The position numbers and the translations under genes were made by a program. Positions 13,132 through 26,302 of a DNA stretch of 64,000 nt are shown in pieces (the stretch's first letter is position 1; the number at the start of each line of letters is the position of its first letter). A model generated the notes under the pieces. It was not told the origin of the DNA. It did not search any database and was given only the letters and a program-made list of their open reading frames with translations. This stretch comes from Escherichia coli (GTDB lineage: Bacteria; Pseudomonadota; Gammaproteobacteria; Enterobacterales; Enterobacteriaceae): assembly GCF_044324875.1 (NCBI RefSeq), contig NZ_CP172185.1; one strand, 5' to 3'.

Positions 13132-13510
13132 TGTTGAACTCCGTGTCAAAAGAAAACGGTCAATCCCATAAACGGCAGATTGAAAACAATGATGTTATAT
13201 TTTTTGCAAGGCTATTTATGGTGCGGATGTCGTGTTTTTAATTGTAGATGAGGTGATTTTTCATTAAAAAATATGCGCTTATGATTATTTTGTAAGAACA
13301 CATTCATAATATTCATAATACTTGTTAATAGTCTTATGAATAATTCAATCGGGATGTTTTTATCTGCGTTACATTAATTTTTCGCAATAGTTAATTATTC
13401 AGTTAATTATAGTAATGATGAGGCACAAAGAGAAAACCCCGCCATTTCCCCCTACTTTCAATCCTGTGATAGGATGTCACTGATGATGTTAATCACACTG
13501 ACCTTACAGA

Positions 13511-14302
13511 ATGGGCCTTATGAACGCATTTGATTCGCAAACCGAAGATTCTTCACCTGCAATTGGCCGCAACTTACGCAGCCGCCCGCTGGCGCGTAAA
13601 AAACTCTCCGAAATGGTGGAAGAAGAGCTGGAACAGATGATCCGCCGTCGTGAATTTGGCGAAGGTGAACAATTACCGTCTGAACGCGAGCTGATGGCGT
13701 TCTTTAACGTCGGGCGTCCTTCGGTGCGTGAAGCGCTGGCAGCGTTAAAACGCAAAGGTCTGGTGCAAATAAACAACGGCGAACGCGCTCGCGTCTCGCG
13801 TCCTTCTGCGGACACCATCATCGGCGAGCTTTCCGGTATGGCGAAAGATTTCCTTTCTCATCCTGGCGGGATTGCCCATTTCGAACAATTACGTCTGTTC
13901 TTTGAATCCAGCCTAGTGCGCTATGCGGCTGAACACGCCACCGATGAGCAAATCGATTTGCTGGCAAAAGCACTGGAAATCAACAGTCAGTCGCTGGATA
14001 ACAACGCGGCATTCATTCGTTCAGACGTTGATTTCCACCGCGTGCTGGCGGAGATCCCCGGTAACCCAATCTTCATGGCGATCCACGTTGCCCTGCTCGA
14101 CTGGCTGATCGCCGCACGTCCAACCGTGGCTGATCAGGCTCTGCACGAGCATAACAACGTTAGCTATCAACAGCATATTGCGATCGTTGATGCGATCCGC
14201 CGCCACGATCCCGATGAAGCCGATCGTGCGTTGCAATCGCATCTCAACAGCGTCTCTGCTACCTGGCACGCCTTCGGTCAGACCACCAACAAAAAGAAAT
14301 AA
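13511..14302 (+). CDS. nanR: GntR/FadR-family repressor NanR
   Basis: 263-aa [34 protein letters not shown]... Confidence 0.93.
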   Translation: MGLMNAFDSQTEDSSPAIGRNLRSRPLARKKLSEMVEEELEQMIRRREFGEGEQLPSERELMAFFNVGRPSVREALAALKRKGLVQINNGERARVSRPSADTIIGELSGMAKDFLSHPGGIAHFEQLRLFFESSLVRYAAEHATDEQIDLLAKALEINSQSLDNNAAFIRSDVDFHRVLAEIPGNPIFMAIHVALLDWLIAARPTVADQALHEHNNVSYQQHIAIVDAIRRHDPDEADRALQSHLNSVSATWHAFGQTTNKKK

Positions 14303-14365
14303 TGCCACTTTAGTGAAGCAGATCGCATTATAAGCTTTCTGTATGGGGTGTTGCTTAATTGATCT

Positions 14366-14388
14366 GGTATAACAGGTATAAAGGTATA
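14366..14388 (+). promoter_or_regulatory. NanR operator: three GGTATA repeats in the nanA promoter
   Basis: GGTATAACAGGTATAAAGGTATA directly upstream of nanA. Confidence 0.8.
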
Positions 14389-14423
14389 TCGTTTATCAGA
14401 CAAGCATCACTTCAGAGGTATTT

Positions 14424-15317
14424 ATGGCAACGAATTTACGTGGCGTAATGGCCGCACTCCTGACTCCTTTTGATCAACAACAAGCACTGGATAAAGCGAG
14501 TCTGCGTCGCCTGGTTCAGTTCAATATTAAGCAGGGCATCGACGGTTTATACGTGGGTGGTTCTACCGGCGAAGCCTTTGTACAAAGCCTTTCCGAGCGT
14601 GAACAGGTACTGGAAATCGTCGCCGAAGAGGCGAAAGGCAAGATTAAACTCATCGCCCACGTCGGTTGCGTCAGCACTGCTGAAAGCCAACAACTTGCGG
14701 CATCGGCTAAACGTTATGGCTTCGATGCCGTCTCCGCCGTCACGCCGTTCTACTATCCTTTCAGCTTTGAAGAACACTGCGATCACTATCGGGCAATTAT
14801 TGATTCGGCGGATGGTTTGCCGATGGTGGTGTACAACATTCCTGCCCTGAGCGGGGTAAAACTAACCCTGGATCAGATCAACACCCTGGTTACGCTGCCT
14901 GGTGTCGGCGTGCTGAAACAAACCTCTGGCGATCTCTATCAGATGGAGCAGATCCGTCGTGAACATCCGGATCTGGTGCTCTATAACGGTTACGACGAAA
15001 TTTTCGCCTCTGGTCTTCTGGCGGGCGCTGATGGTGGTATCGGTAGTACCTACAACATCATGGGCTGGCGTTATCAGGGTATTGTGAAGGCTCTGAAAGA
15101 AGGCGATATCCAGACCGCGCAGAAGCTGCAAACCGAATGTAATAAAGTCATTGATTTACTGATCAAAACGGGCGTATTCCGCGGCCTGAAAACGGTCCTG
15201 CATTATATGGATGTGGTGTCTGTGCCGCTGTGCCGCAAACCGTTTGGTCCGGTAGATGAAAAATATCTGCCAGAACTGAAGGCGCTGGCCCAGCAGTTGA
15301 TGCAAGAGCGCGGGTGA
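14424..15317 (+). CDS. nanA: N-acetylneuraminate lyase
   Basis: 297-aa [34 protein letters not shown]... Confidence 0.96.
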   Translation: MATNLRGVMAALLTPFDQQQALDKASLRRLVQFNIKQGIDGLYVGGSTGEAFVQSLSEREQVLEIVAEEAKGKIKLIAHVGCVSTAESQQLAASAKRYGFDAVSAVTPFYYPFSFEEHCDHYRAIIDSADGLPMVVYNIPALSGVKLTLDQINTLVTLPGVGVLKQTSGDLYQMEQIRREHPDLVLYNGYDEIFASGLLAGADGGIGSTYNIMGWRYQGIVKALKEGDIQTAQKLQTECNKVIDLLIKTGVFRGLKTVLHYMDVVSVPLCRKPFGPVDEKYLPELKALAQQLMQERG

Positions 15318-15425
15318 GTTGTTTCCCCTCGCTCGCCCCTACCGGGTGAGGGGAAATAAACGCATCTGTACCCTACAATTTTCATACCAAAGCGTGTGGG
15401 CATCGCCCACCGCGGGAGACTCACA

Positions 15426-16916
15426 ATGAGTACTACAACCCAGAATATCCCGTGGTATCGCCATCTCAACCGCGCACAATGGCGGGCATTTTCCGCTGCC
15501 TGGTTGGGATATCTGCTTGACGGTTTTGATTTCGTTTTAATCGCCCTGGTACTCACCGAAGTACAAGGTGAATTCGGGCTGACGACGGTACAGGCAGCAA
15601 GCCTGATCTCCGCAGCCTTTATCTCTCGCTGGTTCGGTGGCCTGATGCTCGGCGCTATGGGTGACCGCTACGGGCGTCGGCTGGCAATGGTCACCAGTAT
15701 CGTTCTCTTCTCGGTCGGGACGCTGGCCTGCGGTTTTGCGCCAGGCTACATCACCATGTTTATCGCGCGTCTGGTCATCGGCATGGAGATGGCGGGTGAA
15801 TACGGTTCCAGCGCTACCTATGTCATTGAAAGCTGGCCAAAACATCTGCGTAACAAAGCCAGTGGTTTTCTGATTTCAGGCTTCTCTGTGGGGGCCGTGG
15901 TTGCCGCTCAGGTCTATAGCCTGGTGGTTCCGGTCTGGGGCTGGCGTGCGCTGTTCTTTATCGGCATTTTGCCAATCATCTTTGCTCTCTGGCTGCGTAA
16001 AAACATCCCGGAAGCGGAAGACTGGAAAGAGAAACATGCAGGCAAAGCACCGGTACGCACAATGGTGGACATTCTCTACCGTGGTGAACATCGCATCGCC
16101 AATATCGTGATGACGCTGGCGGCAGCTACTGCGCTGTGGTTCTGCTTCGCCGGTAACCTGCAAAATGCCGCAATCGTCGCTGTACTCGGGCTGTTATGCG
16201 CCGCAATCTTTATCAGCTTTATGGTACAGAGTACGGGCAAACGCTGGCCAACGGGCGTAATGCTGATGGTGGTCGTGTTGTTTGCTTTCCTCTATTCATG
16301 GCCGATTCAGGCACTGCTGCCAACGTATCTTAAAACTGAACTTGCTTATAACCCGCATACTGTCGCCAATGTGCTGTTCTTTAGTGGCTTTGGTGCGGCG
16401 GTGGGGTGCTGCGTCGGTGGCTTCCTCGGTGACTGGCTGGGAACCCGCAAAGCGTACGTTTGCAGTCTGCTGGCCTCACAGCTGCTGATTATTCCGGTAT
16501 TTGCGATTGGTGGCGCAAACGTCTGGGTGCTCGGTCTGTTACTGTTCTTCCAGCAAATGCTTGGTCAGGGCATCTCCGGGATCTTACCGAAACTGATTGG
16601 CGGTTATTTTGATACCGACCAGCGTGCAGCGGGCCTGGGCTTTACCTACAACGTTGGCGCATTGGGCGGCGCACTGGCCCCAATCCTCGGCGCGTTGATC
16701 GCTCAACGTCTGGATCTGGGGACGGCACTGGGCTCGCTCTCGTTCAGTTTGACGTTTGTGGTGATCCTGCTGATTGGTCTGGATATGCCTTCTCGCGTTC
16801 AGCGTTGGCTGCGCCCGGAAGCGTTGCGTACTCATGACGCTATCGACGGCAAACCATTTAGCGGTGCCGTGCCGTTTGGCAGCGCCAAAAACGATTTAGT
16901 CAAAACCAAAAGTTAA
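15426..16916 (+). CDS. nanT: Sialic acid MFS transporter NanT
   Basis: ORF 15396-16916; start at ATG 15426 giving [22 protein letters not shown] (496 aa). Confidence 0.95.
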   Translation: MSTTTQNIPWYRHLNRAQWRAFSAAWLGYLLDGFDFVLIALVLTEVQGEFGLTTVQAASLISAAFISRWFGGLMLGAMGDRYGRRLAMVTSIVLFSVGTLACGFAPGYITMFIARLVIGMEMAGEYGSSATYVIESWPKHLRNKASGFLISGFSVGAVVAAQVYSLVVPVWGWRALFFIGILPIIFALWLRKNIPEAEDWKEKHAGKAPVRTMVDILYRGEHRIANIVMTLAAATALWFCFAGNLQNAAIVAVLGLLCAAIFISFMVQSTGKRWPTGVMLMVVVLFAFLYSWPIQALLPTYLKTELAYNPHTVANVLFFSGFGAAVGCCVGGFLGDWLGTRKAYVCSLLASQLLIIPVFAIGGANVWVLGLLLFFQQMLGQGISGILPKLIGGYFDTDQRAAGLGFTYNVGALGGALAPILGALIAQRLDLGTALGSLSFSLTFVVILLIGLDMPSRVQRWLRPEALRTHDAIDGKPFSGAVPFGSAKNDLVKTKS

Positions 16917-16963
16917 TCCTGTTGCCCGGTCTCTGTACCGGGCCTTTCGCTAAGGGAAGATGT

Positions 16964-17649
16964 ATGTCGTTACTTGCACAACTGGATCAAAAAATCGCTG
17001 CTAACGGTGGCCTGATTGTCTCCTGCCAGCCGGTCCCTGACAGCCCGCTCGATAAACCCGAAATCGTCGCCGCCATGGCATTAGCTGCAGAGCAGGCGGG
17101 TGCGGTCGCCATTCGCATTGAAGGTGTGGCAAATCTGCAAGCCACGCGTGCGGTGGTGAGCGTGCCGATTATCGGGATTGTAAAACGCGATCTGGAGGAT
17201 TCTCCGGTACGCATCACGGCCTATATTGAAGATGTTGATGCGCTGGCGCAGGTGGGCGCGGACATTATCGCGATTGACGGCACCGACCGACCGCGTCCGG
17301 TGCCTGTTGAAACGCTACTGGCACGTATCCACCATCACGGTTTACTGGCGATGACCGACTGCTCAACGCCGGAAGACGGTCTGGCATGCCAAAAGCTGGG
17401 AGCCGAAATTATTGGCACCACGCTTTCTGGCTATACCACACCTGAAACGCCAGAAGAGCCGGATCTGGCGCTGGTGAAAACGTTGAGTGACGCCGGATGT
17501 CGGGTGATTGCCGAAGGGCGTTACAACTCGCCTGCTCAGGCGGCAGATGCGATGCGCCACGGCGCGTGGGCGGTGACGGTCGGTTCTGCTATCACACGTC
17601 TTGAACACATTTGCCAGTGGTACAACACAGCGATGAAAAAGACGGTGCT

Positions 17650-17653
<4 letters not shown>
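16964..17653 (+). CDS. nanE: N-acetylmannosamine-6-phosphate 2-epimerase
   Basis: ORF 16922-17653; start at ATG 16964 giving [23 protein letters not shown] (229 aa). Confidence 0.93.
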
Positions 17654-18986
<1,333 letters not shown>

Positions 18987-19005
18987 AACTTAGTTCGTTT
19001 TAAAG

Positions 19006-19030
19006 ATTCTCCAGACAGTGTCTGGAGAAT
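19006..19030. repeat. 25-bp palindrome ATTCTCCAGACA-G-TGTCTGGAGAAT between convergent yhcH and yhcG; probable bidirectional terminator and member of a local palindromic repeat family
   Basis: Perfect 12-bp arms around a 1-nt centre, read directly. Confidence 0.6.
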
Positions 19031-19045
19031 TCGAAACCGCTGAAA

Positions 19046-20134
19046 TTAACGGCGTCTATAGCCTTCCTCTAGCACCGCCTGTGTTCGAACGAGTTCATCT
19101 GCGAGTCGTTTCTCATCAGGTAGTTGCATCTTATATTCGCTTGCCAGAACGGTGTTAGGCAAACCTGCCAGAGCATAATGCGCTTCGCCGGCTCCTTTCT
19201 CTGCACAGAGAATCAGACCGATGGGCGGATTTTCATCCGGTAGCGTCCAGTGATCTTTGGCGTAGTTGAGATACATATTCATCTGTCCGGCATCGCTATA
19301 GCTGAATTTGCCCACTTTTAGATCGACGATTAGCAGGCAGCATAAACGGCGGTGGAAAAACAGCAGATCGACACGAAACCAGTTATCATCAATGCGTAAC
19401 CTTCGCTGCCGACCAACAAAGGCAAAATCATCCCCAAGTTCCAGCATGAAATCCATCAGGTGGTTGATCAGCGCCTCCTCGAAATCAGATTCTGAATATT
19501 CATCTTTCAATTCCAGAAATTCGAGCACAAAGGGATCGCGTATCGCCTGCTGCGGAAGAATATGCGTCTCGGTAGGAGCGTGTTGTTGCAGCATGGCTGA
19601 TTTGTCATGTGACAGTAGTGTTCGCTCATAAAATTGGGTCGCAATTTGCCGCTCTAGCTGGCGAACAGACCAGCCACAGCGGAGCGTCTCTTTTTCATAA
19701 AAGCTACGAGCGTCAGCGTTTTTAACAGAAAGCAAACGGACGTAAGTGGACCAGGGCCGGGGGAAAGATTTGGCAGACAGCGTCTGCCAAATCTTTCCCG
19801 ATGGGAATTCTGCAGACGGTGTCTGCGGAATTTCAACATGTTGAAAAAAGAGGTAAAAAAGTCTCATTTGGCGCAAGTTTTTTGCAGAGAACCCACGCTT
19901 ATACCTTAGACATAAATCCTTTGATAGTCGCTTGATTAGCTGCGCACCATACGCAGCCCTGGCCTCGCCACCTTGTTCAAATTCGACAATTCGTCGGCCA
20001 ATTTCCCAGTATGTCGCGGTCATCAGCGCGTTAACGCTACGTACCGTTTCCGTCCGGGCGCTATCGACCAGGTGAATAATACCGTCGTGGATTTGCTGGT
20101 AGCCTGTTGAGGTTCTCTCTGAGAGCGATTCCAT
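19046..20134 (-). CDS. yhcG: YhcG, DUF1016 protein with predicted PD-(D/E)xK nuclease fold
   Basis: 362-aa ORF MESLSERTSTGYQQIHDGIIHLVDSARTETVRSVNALMTATYWEIGRRIVEFEQGG... Confidence 0.85.
   Translation of the reverse strand: MESLSERTSTGYQQIHDGIIHLVDSARTETVRSVNALMTATYWEIGRRIVEFEQGGEARAAYGAQLIKRLSKDLCLRYKRGFSAKNLRQMRLFYLFFQHVEIPQTPSAEFPSGKIWQTLSAKSFPRPWSTYVRLLSVKNADARSFYEKETLRCGWSVRQLERQIATQFYERTLLSHDKSAMLQQHAPTETHILPQQAIRDPFVLEFLELKDEYSESDFEEALINHLMDFMLELGDDFAFVGRQRRLRIDDNWFRVDLLFFHRRLCCLLIVDLKVGKFSYSDAGQMNMYLNYAKDHWTLPDENPPIGLILCAEKGAGEAHYALAGLPNTVLASEYKMQLPDEKRLADELVRTQAVLEEGYRRR
19761..19832. repeat. Two adjacent palindromic units inside the yhcG reading frame, related to the 19006-19030 palindrome
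   Basis: 19761-19799 perfect 18-bp arms around AGC (GGGAAAGATTTGGCAGAC/GTCTGCCAAATCTTTCCC); 19805-19832 imperfect copy GAATTCTGCAGACGGTGTCTGCGGAATT; shared core CAGAC(A/G)G(C/T)GTCTG. Confidence 0.6.
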
Positions 20135-20317
20135 TATCTGTCCCTTTATATGGCGCTGCGTTGAATAATGGAATCAGCTATACGCCGGGCATCTACCGGT
20201 AACAATCCAGATGTGCGTATTACATTGGTTTTCTTCAGATTATGCGAGGCGCTTTCCAGTACGAAAGGAGAATTTCAGCGCCGACTCTTTTCTGAGGAGG
20301 CGGCGCTGGGACAGAGT

Positions 20318-21748
<1,431 letters not shown>

Positions 21749-24700
21749 TTACTGCGCCTGCACGCGCAACTCTGCTGCGCTACGACTACGGTGACCCAGC
21801 AGTGCTTTTACATCACTGGACTTCGGTTTAACCAGCGCAAATTTAGTGGCGAAGGTTGACCAGTTCGCCAGAATCTCTTCACCACGCTGGGAACCGGTAT
21901 GCTGCACATGCTCGGTGATAAGTCCACGCAGATGCTCTTCATGGATCGCCAGATCGTCAACGCTTAAGACCTCGACCAGTTCCGGGTTAACGCGTTTGCG
22001 GAAATCGCCGCTTTCATCGAGAACGTAAGCGAAGCCGCCGGTCATGCCCGCGCCGAAGTTAACGCCGGTTTTACCGAGAATACAGACAATACCGCCTGTC
22101 ATATATTCACAGCCGTTGTCGCCAATGCCTTCTACCACGGTGATAGCACCGGAGTTACGCACGCCGAAACGTTCACCCGCGCGGCCTGCGGCATACAGAC
22201 GACCTCCGGTCGCGCCATACAGGCAGGTGTTGCCGATAATGCTTGCTTCATGGCTGCGGAAGGCTGAGCCAACCGGAGGACGAATGGCGATTAAGCCGCC
22301 CGCCATGCCTTTACCAACATAGTCGTTGGCATCACCGGTCAGGTACAGTTCCACGCCGCCCGCGTTCCACACGCCGAAGCTCTGGCCTGCGGTGCCGTTG
22401 AAGTACGCTTTGATCGGATCGGCTGCCAGACCCTGATCGCCGTGCGTCTGGGCGATATAGCCTGAAAGCGACGCGCCGACAGAACGGTCGGTGTTGCGAA
22501 TATCGAACCAGAAGGTTTTGCTCTGACGCTCATCGACAAACGGTTTTGCCTGTTGCAGCAACTGCGCGTTCAGCAGACCGTTATCAAACGGCGGGTTGTT
22601 TTCGGTGCAGTAAAGTGCCTTACCAGCATGCGGCTCGGCAGTCTCCAGCAGCTTCGACAGTGCCAGTTTCTGCTGTTTGGCGGTGAAACCGTCCAGCTCT
22701 TTCAGCAGGTCGGTGCGACCAATCAGATCCACCAGACGCGTTACCCCCAGTTGTGCCATCAGCTCGCGGGTTTCTCGGGCGATAAACTCAAAGTAATTAG
22801 TCACCTTGAACGGCAGGCCGTGATAGTGATTCTTACGCAGTTTGTCATCCTGAGTTGCAACACCCGTAGCGCAGTTGTTCAGATGGCAAATACGCAGATA
22901 TTTACAACCGAGCGCCACCATCGGGCCAGTGCCGAAGCCGAAGCTTTCTGCGCCGAGAATCGCCGCTTTGATGATATCGACACCCGTTTTCAGGCCGCCA
23001 TCAACCTGCAAACGAATTTTATGACGTAAACCGTTGGCAACCAGCGCCTGTTGGGTTTCCACCAGGCCGAGTTCCCACGGACAGCCTGCGTATTTCACCG
23101 ATGAAAGCGGACTTGCGCCGGTGCCGCCGTCATAGCCTGCGATGGTGATCAAGTCCGCATAAGCTTTCGCCACGCCAGTCGCGATGGTGCCGACGCCCGG
23201 TTCGGACACCAGCTTCACGGAGATCATCGCTTTCGGGTTAACCTGCTTGAGGTCGAAAATGAGCTGCGCTAAGTCCTCGATAGAATAGATATCGTGGTGC
23301 GGCGGCGGGGAGATCAGCGTCACGCCCGGCACCGAATAGCGCAGTTTGGCAATGTAAGGAGTGACTTTATCACCCGGCAACTGACCTCCTTCGCCCGGCT
23401 TCGCGCCCTGGGCGACTTTAATCTGAATCACGTCAGCATTGACCAGGTACGCCGGAGTAACGCCGAAGCGACCAGAAGCCACCTGCTTGATGCGCGACAC
23501 TTTGTTAGTGCCGTAGCGCGCCGGATCTTCACCACCTTCACCGGAGTTCGAGTTACCGCCGATGCTATTCATCGCTTCCGCCAGCGCCTCGTGGGCTTCC
23601 GGGCTTAACGCGCCGATAGACATCGCAGCGGTATCGAAGCGTTTAAACAGTTCGCTTGCCGGTTCAACATCGGCAATGTTGACTGCGTTTTCACCCGGCG
23701 TAATTGCCAGCAGATCGCGCAGCGTGGTTGCCGGACGCTCATTAACCAGCTTCGCGTATTCCTGATAGTCGCTGTACTCGCCGCTTTGTACCGCCTGTTG
23801 CAGCGTGCGCACCACGTCCGGGTTGTAGGCGTGGTATTCGCCGCCGTGGACGTATTTCAGCAGGCCGCCCTGGCTGATGGGCTTACGCGCCAGCCAGGCA
23901 CGTTTCGACAGGTTCAGCAGATCCTGCTGGAAGTCTTCAAAGCTTGCCCCACCAATGCGGCTGACCGCTCCCTGGAAGCACAGGCCCACTACATCATCGT
24001 GTAGACCGACCGCTTCAAACAGTTTCGAGCAGCGGTAAGAGGCGATGGTGGAGATGCCCATTTTGGACATGATTTTGTACAAGCCTTTGTTGATGCCGTT
24101 ACGGTAGTTCAGCATCACTGTACGATAATCTTTGGCAATCGCATGGGTGTCTACCAGGCGGCCCAGCGTTTCATAGGCAAGGTATGGATAAATAGCCGTC
24201 GCACCGAAGCCCAGCAACACGGCGAAATGGTGCGGATCGCGGGCGCTGGCGGTTTCGACGATGATGTTGGCATCGCAACGCAGGCTTTGATCGACCAGAC
24301 GGGTCTGGATCGCGCCAACCGCCATCGGGGCTGGAACCGGCAGGCGATCTTTAGCGATATTCCGGTCGGAGAGCACCAGCAGCACGGTGCCGCTACGTAC
24401 CATTTTTTCGGCTTTGTCACACAGCTCTTTGACCGTCGCTTCGAGCGTTGTTTTAGTGACGTCAAAGGTGATATCCAGCGTATCTGCGCGGTAGTGCTCC
24501 TCTTTCATCGTCGTGAGCTGTTTGAAATCGGAGTAGAGCAGAATCGGCGATTTAAAGCTTAAACGGTGCGCCTGGCCTTCTGCTTCACAGAAGACGTTCA
24601 TTTCACGACCGATACTGGTGGCGAGCGACATAACATGCGCTTCACGCAGCGGGTCGATTGGCGGGTTAGTCACCTGGGCAAATTGCTGGCGGAAGTAGTC

Positions 24701-26302
24701 GTAAATGATGCGTGGCTGACTGGAGAGCACGGCGAATGGGGTGTCGTCGCCCATCGAACCGACCGCTTCCTGACCGTTTTCGCCCAGCACGCGAATTACG
24801 GAGTCCAGCTCTTCCGCGCTGTAGTTAAACTGTTTCTGGTAGCTGGCAAGTGTGTCGTCGTCCAGTTCGCGGCTACCTACTTCTTCATCGGGCAGATCTT
24901 CAAACGGTACCAGTCGGCGGACGTTTTTCTCCATCCACTCTTTATATGGATGGCGGCTTTTCAGATCGTCATCGGTTTCTGCCGAGTGCAGAATACGCCC
25001 ACTGCGGGTGTCGATAACCATCAGTTCGCCTGGCCCGACGCGGCCTTTTTCGACCACTTCGTCAGGCTGGTAATCCCAGATACCGACTTCAGAGGCGCAG
25101 GTGATGAGCTTATCTTTGGTAATGACGTAGCGTGCCGGACGCAGACCGTTACGGTCGAGGTTACAGGCGGCAAAACGACCATCGGACATCACGATGCCCG
25201 CCGGGCCATCCCACGGCTCCATATGCATGGAGTTAAAGTCAAAGAAGGCACGCAGTTCCGGGTCCATATCCGGGTTGTTCTGCCAGGCGGGTGGCACTAA
25301 CAGGCGCATGGCACGGATGATATCCATCCCGCCTGCCAGCAGCAGTTCCAGCATGTTATCCATGGAACTGGAGTCAGAACCGGTTTCGTTGACGAACGGC
25401 GCGGCGTCGTGCAGGTCAGGGATCAGCGGCGTCTGGAATTTATAGGTACGTGCACGCGCCCATTGGCGGTTACCGGTGATGGTGTTGATTTCACCGTTAT
25501 GCGCCAGATAGCGGAACGGCTGCGCCAGCGGCCAGCGCGGTACGGTGTTAGTGGAGAAGCGCTGGTGGAACAGGCAGATGGCCGATTCCAGACGCAGGTC
25601 CGCGAGGTCCAGGTAGAAGCGCGGCAGATCCGCCGGCATACACAGACCTTTATAGATGTTCACCAGATTCGACAGGCTACAGACGTAGAAGTCTTTGTCG
25701 GCTTCGAGACGCTTTTCAATGCGGCGGCGGGCGATAAACAGACGGCGCTCCATATCGCGCGGACGCCAGCCTGCCGGGGCGTTCACAAAAATTTGCTCAA
25801 TGCGTGGCAGAGAGGAGAGGGCGATTTCACCCAGCACGCCTTCGTTAGTGGGGACATCACGCCAGCCCACAATCGACAACGTTTCGCGTTGCAGCTCTTC
25901 TTCAACGATGCGGCGTGCGGCAGCGGCGAGTTCAGGATCTTTATTCAGGAAGAGCATCCCGACGGCGTAGTTTTTTGCTAAACGCCAGCCGCGCTCCTGC
26001 GCAACGATGCGAAAAAAGCGATCCGGTTTTTGTAACAGCAAGCCGCAACCGTCACCGGTTTTACCATCGGCGAGAATCGCGCCACGGTGCTGCATGCGGG
26101 CCAGTGCGTGTATTGCAGTACGCACTACCTTGTGGCTAGGTTCGCCTTCTATGTGGGCGATCAGGCCGAAACCACAGTTATCCCTCTCAAGGGATTTATC
26201 GTACAACATATCGTGAACCTCCCCCAGGCTCTGCGGGAACCCCACTTCCGAACCGCTGCGCACGGGCACAGAAAGAGCGTGGCGACGGGGTTTGCGTGTC
26301 AT
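21749..26302 (-). CDS. gltB: Glutamate synthase large subunit
   Basis: ORF 21749-26317; start taken at MTRKPRRHALSVPVRSG... (propeptide before Cys of CGFGL), 1517 aa. Confidence 0.93.
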   Translation of the reverse strand: MTRKPRRHALSVPVRSGSEVGFPQSLGEVHDMLYDKSLERDNCGFGLIAHIEGEPSHKVVRTAIHALARMQHRGAILADGKTGDGCGLLLQKPDRFFRIVAQERGWRLAKNYAVGMLFLNKDPELAAAARRIVEEELQRETLSIVGWRDVPTNEGVLGEIALSSLPRIEQIFVNAPAGWRPRDMERRLFIARRRIEKRLEADKDFYVCSLSNLVNIYKGLCMPADLPRFYLDLADLRLESAICLFHQRFSTNTVPRWPLAQPFRYLAHNGEINTITGNRQWARARTYKFQTPLIPDLHDAAPFVNETGSDSSSMDNMLELLLAGGMDIIRAMRLLVPPAWQNNPDMDPELRAFFDFNSMHMEPWDGPAGIVMSDGRFAACNLDRNGLRPARYVITKDKLITCASEVGIWDYQPDEVVEKGRVGPGELMVIDTRSGRILHSAETDDDLKSRHPYKEWMEKNVRRLVPFEDLPDEEVGSRELDDDTLASYQKQFNYSAEELDSVIRVLGENGQEAVGSMGDDTPFAVLSSQPRIIYDYFRQQFAQVTNPPIDPLREAHVMSLATSIGREMNVFCEAEGQAHRLSFKSPILLYSDFKQLTTMKEEHYRADTLDITFDVTKTTLEATVKELCDKAEKMVRSGTVLLVLSDRNIAKDRLPVPAPMAVGAIQTRLVDQSLRCDANIIVETASARDPHHFAVLLGFGATAIYPYLAYETLGRLVDTHAIAKDYRTVMLNYRNGINKGLYKIMSKMGISTIASYRCSKLFEAVGLHDDVVGLCFQGAVSRIGGASFEDFQQDLLNLSKRAWLARKPISQGGLLKYVHGGEYHAYNPDVVRTLQQAVQSGEYSDYQEYAKLVNERPATTLRDLLAITPGENAVNIADVEPASELFKRFDTAAMSIGALSPEAHEALAEAMNSIGGNSNSGEGGEDPARYGTNKVSRIKQVASGRFGVTPAYLVNADVIQIKVAQGAKPGEGGQLPGDKVTPYIAKLRYSVPGVTLISPPPHHDIYSIEDLAQLIFDLKQVNPKAMISVKLVSEPGVGTIATGVAKAYADLITIAGYDGGTGASPLSSVKYAGCPWELGLVETQQALVANGLRHKIRLQVDGGLKTGVDIIKAAILGAESFGFGTGPMVALGCKYLRICHLNNCATGVATQDDKLRKNHYHGLPFKVTNYFEFIARETRELMAQLGVTRLVDLIGRTDLLKELDGFTAKQQKLALSKLLETAEPHAGKALYCTENNPPFDNGLLNAQLLQQAKPFVDERQSKTFWFDIRNTDRSVGASLSGYIAQTHGDQGLAADPIKAYFNGTAGQSFGVWNAGGVELYLTGDANDYVGKGMAGGLIAIRPPVGSAFRSHEASIIGNTCLYGATGGRLYAAGRAGERFGVRNSGAITVVEGIGDNGCEYMTGGIVCILGKTGVNFGAGMTGGFAYVLDESGDFRKRVNPELVEVLSVDDLAIHEEHLRGLITEHVQHTGSQRGEEILANWSTFATKFALVKPKSSDVKALLGHRSRSAAELRVQAQ

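Noticed and set aside
24566-25300. 244-aa plus-strand ORF, and many similar ORFs between 21846 and 26350
   Set aside because: Antisense within the long GC-rich gltB gene; typical spurious open frames
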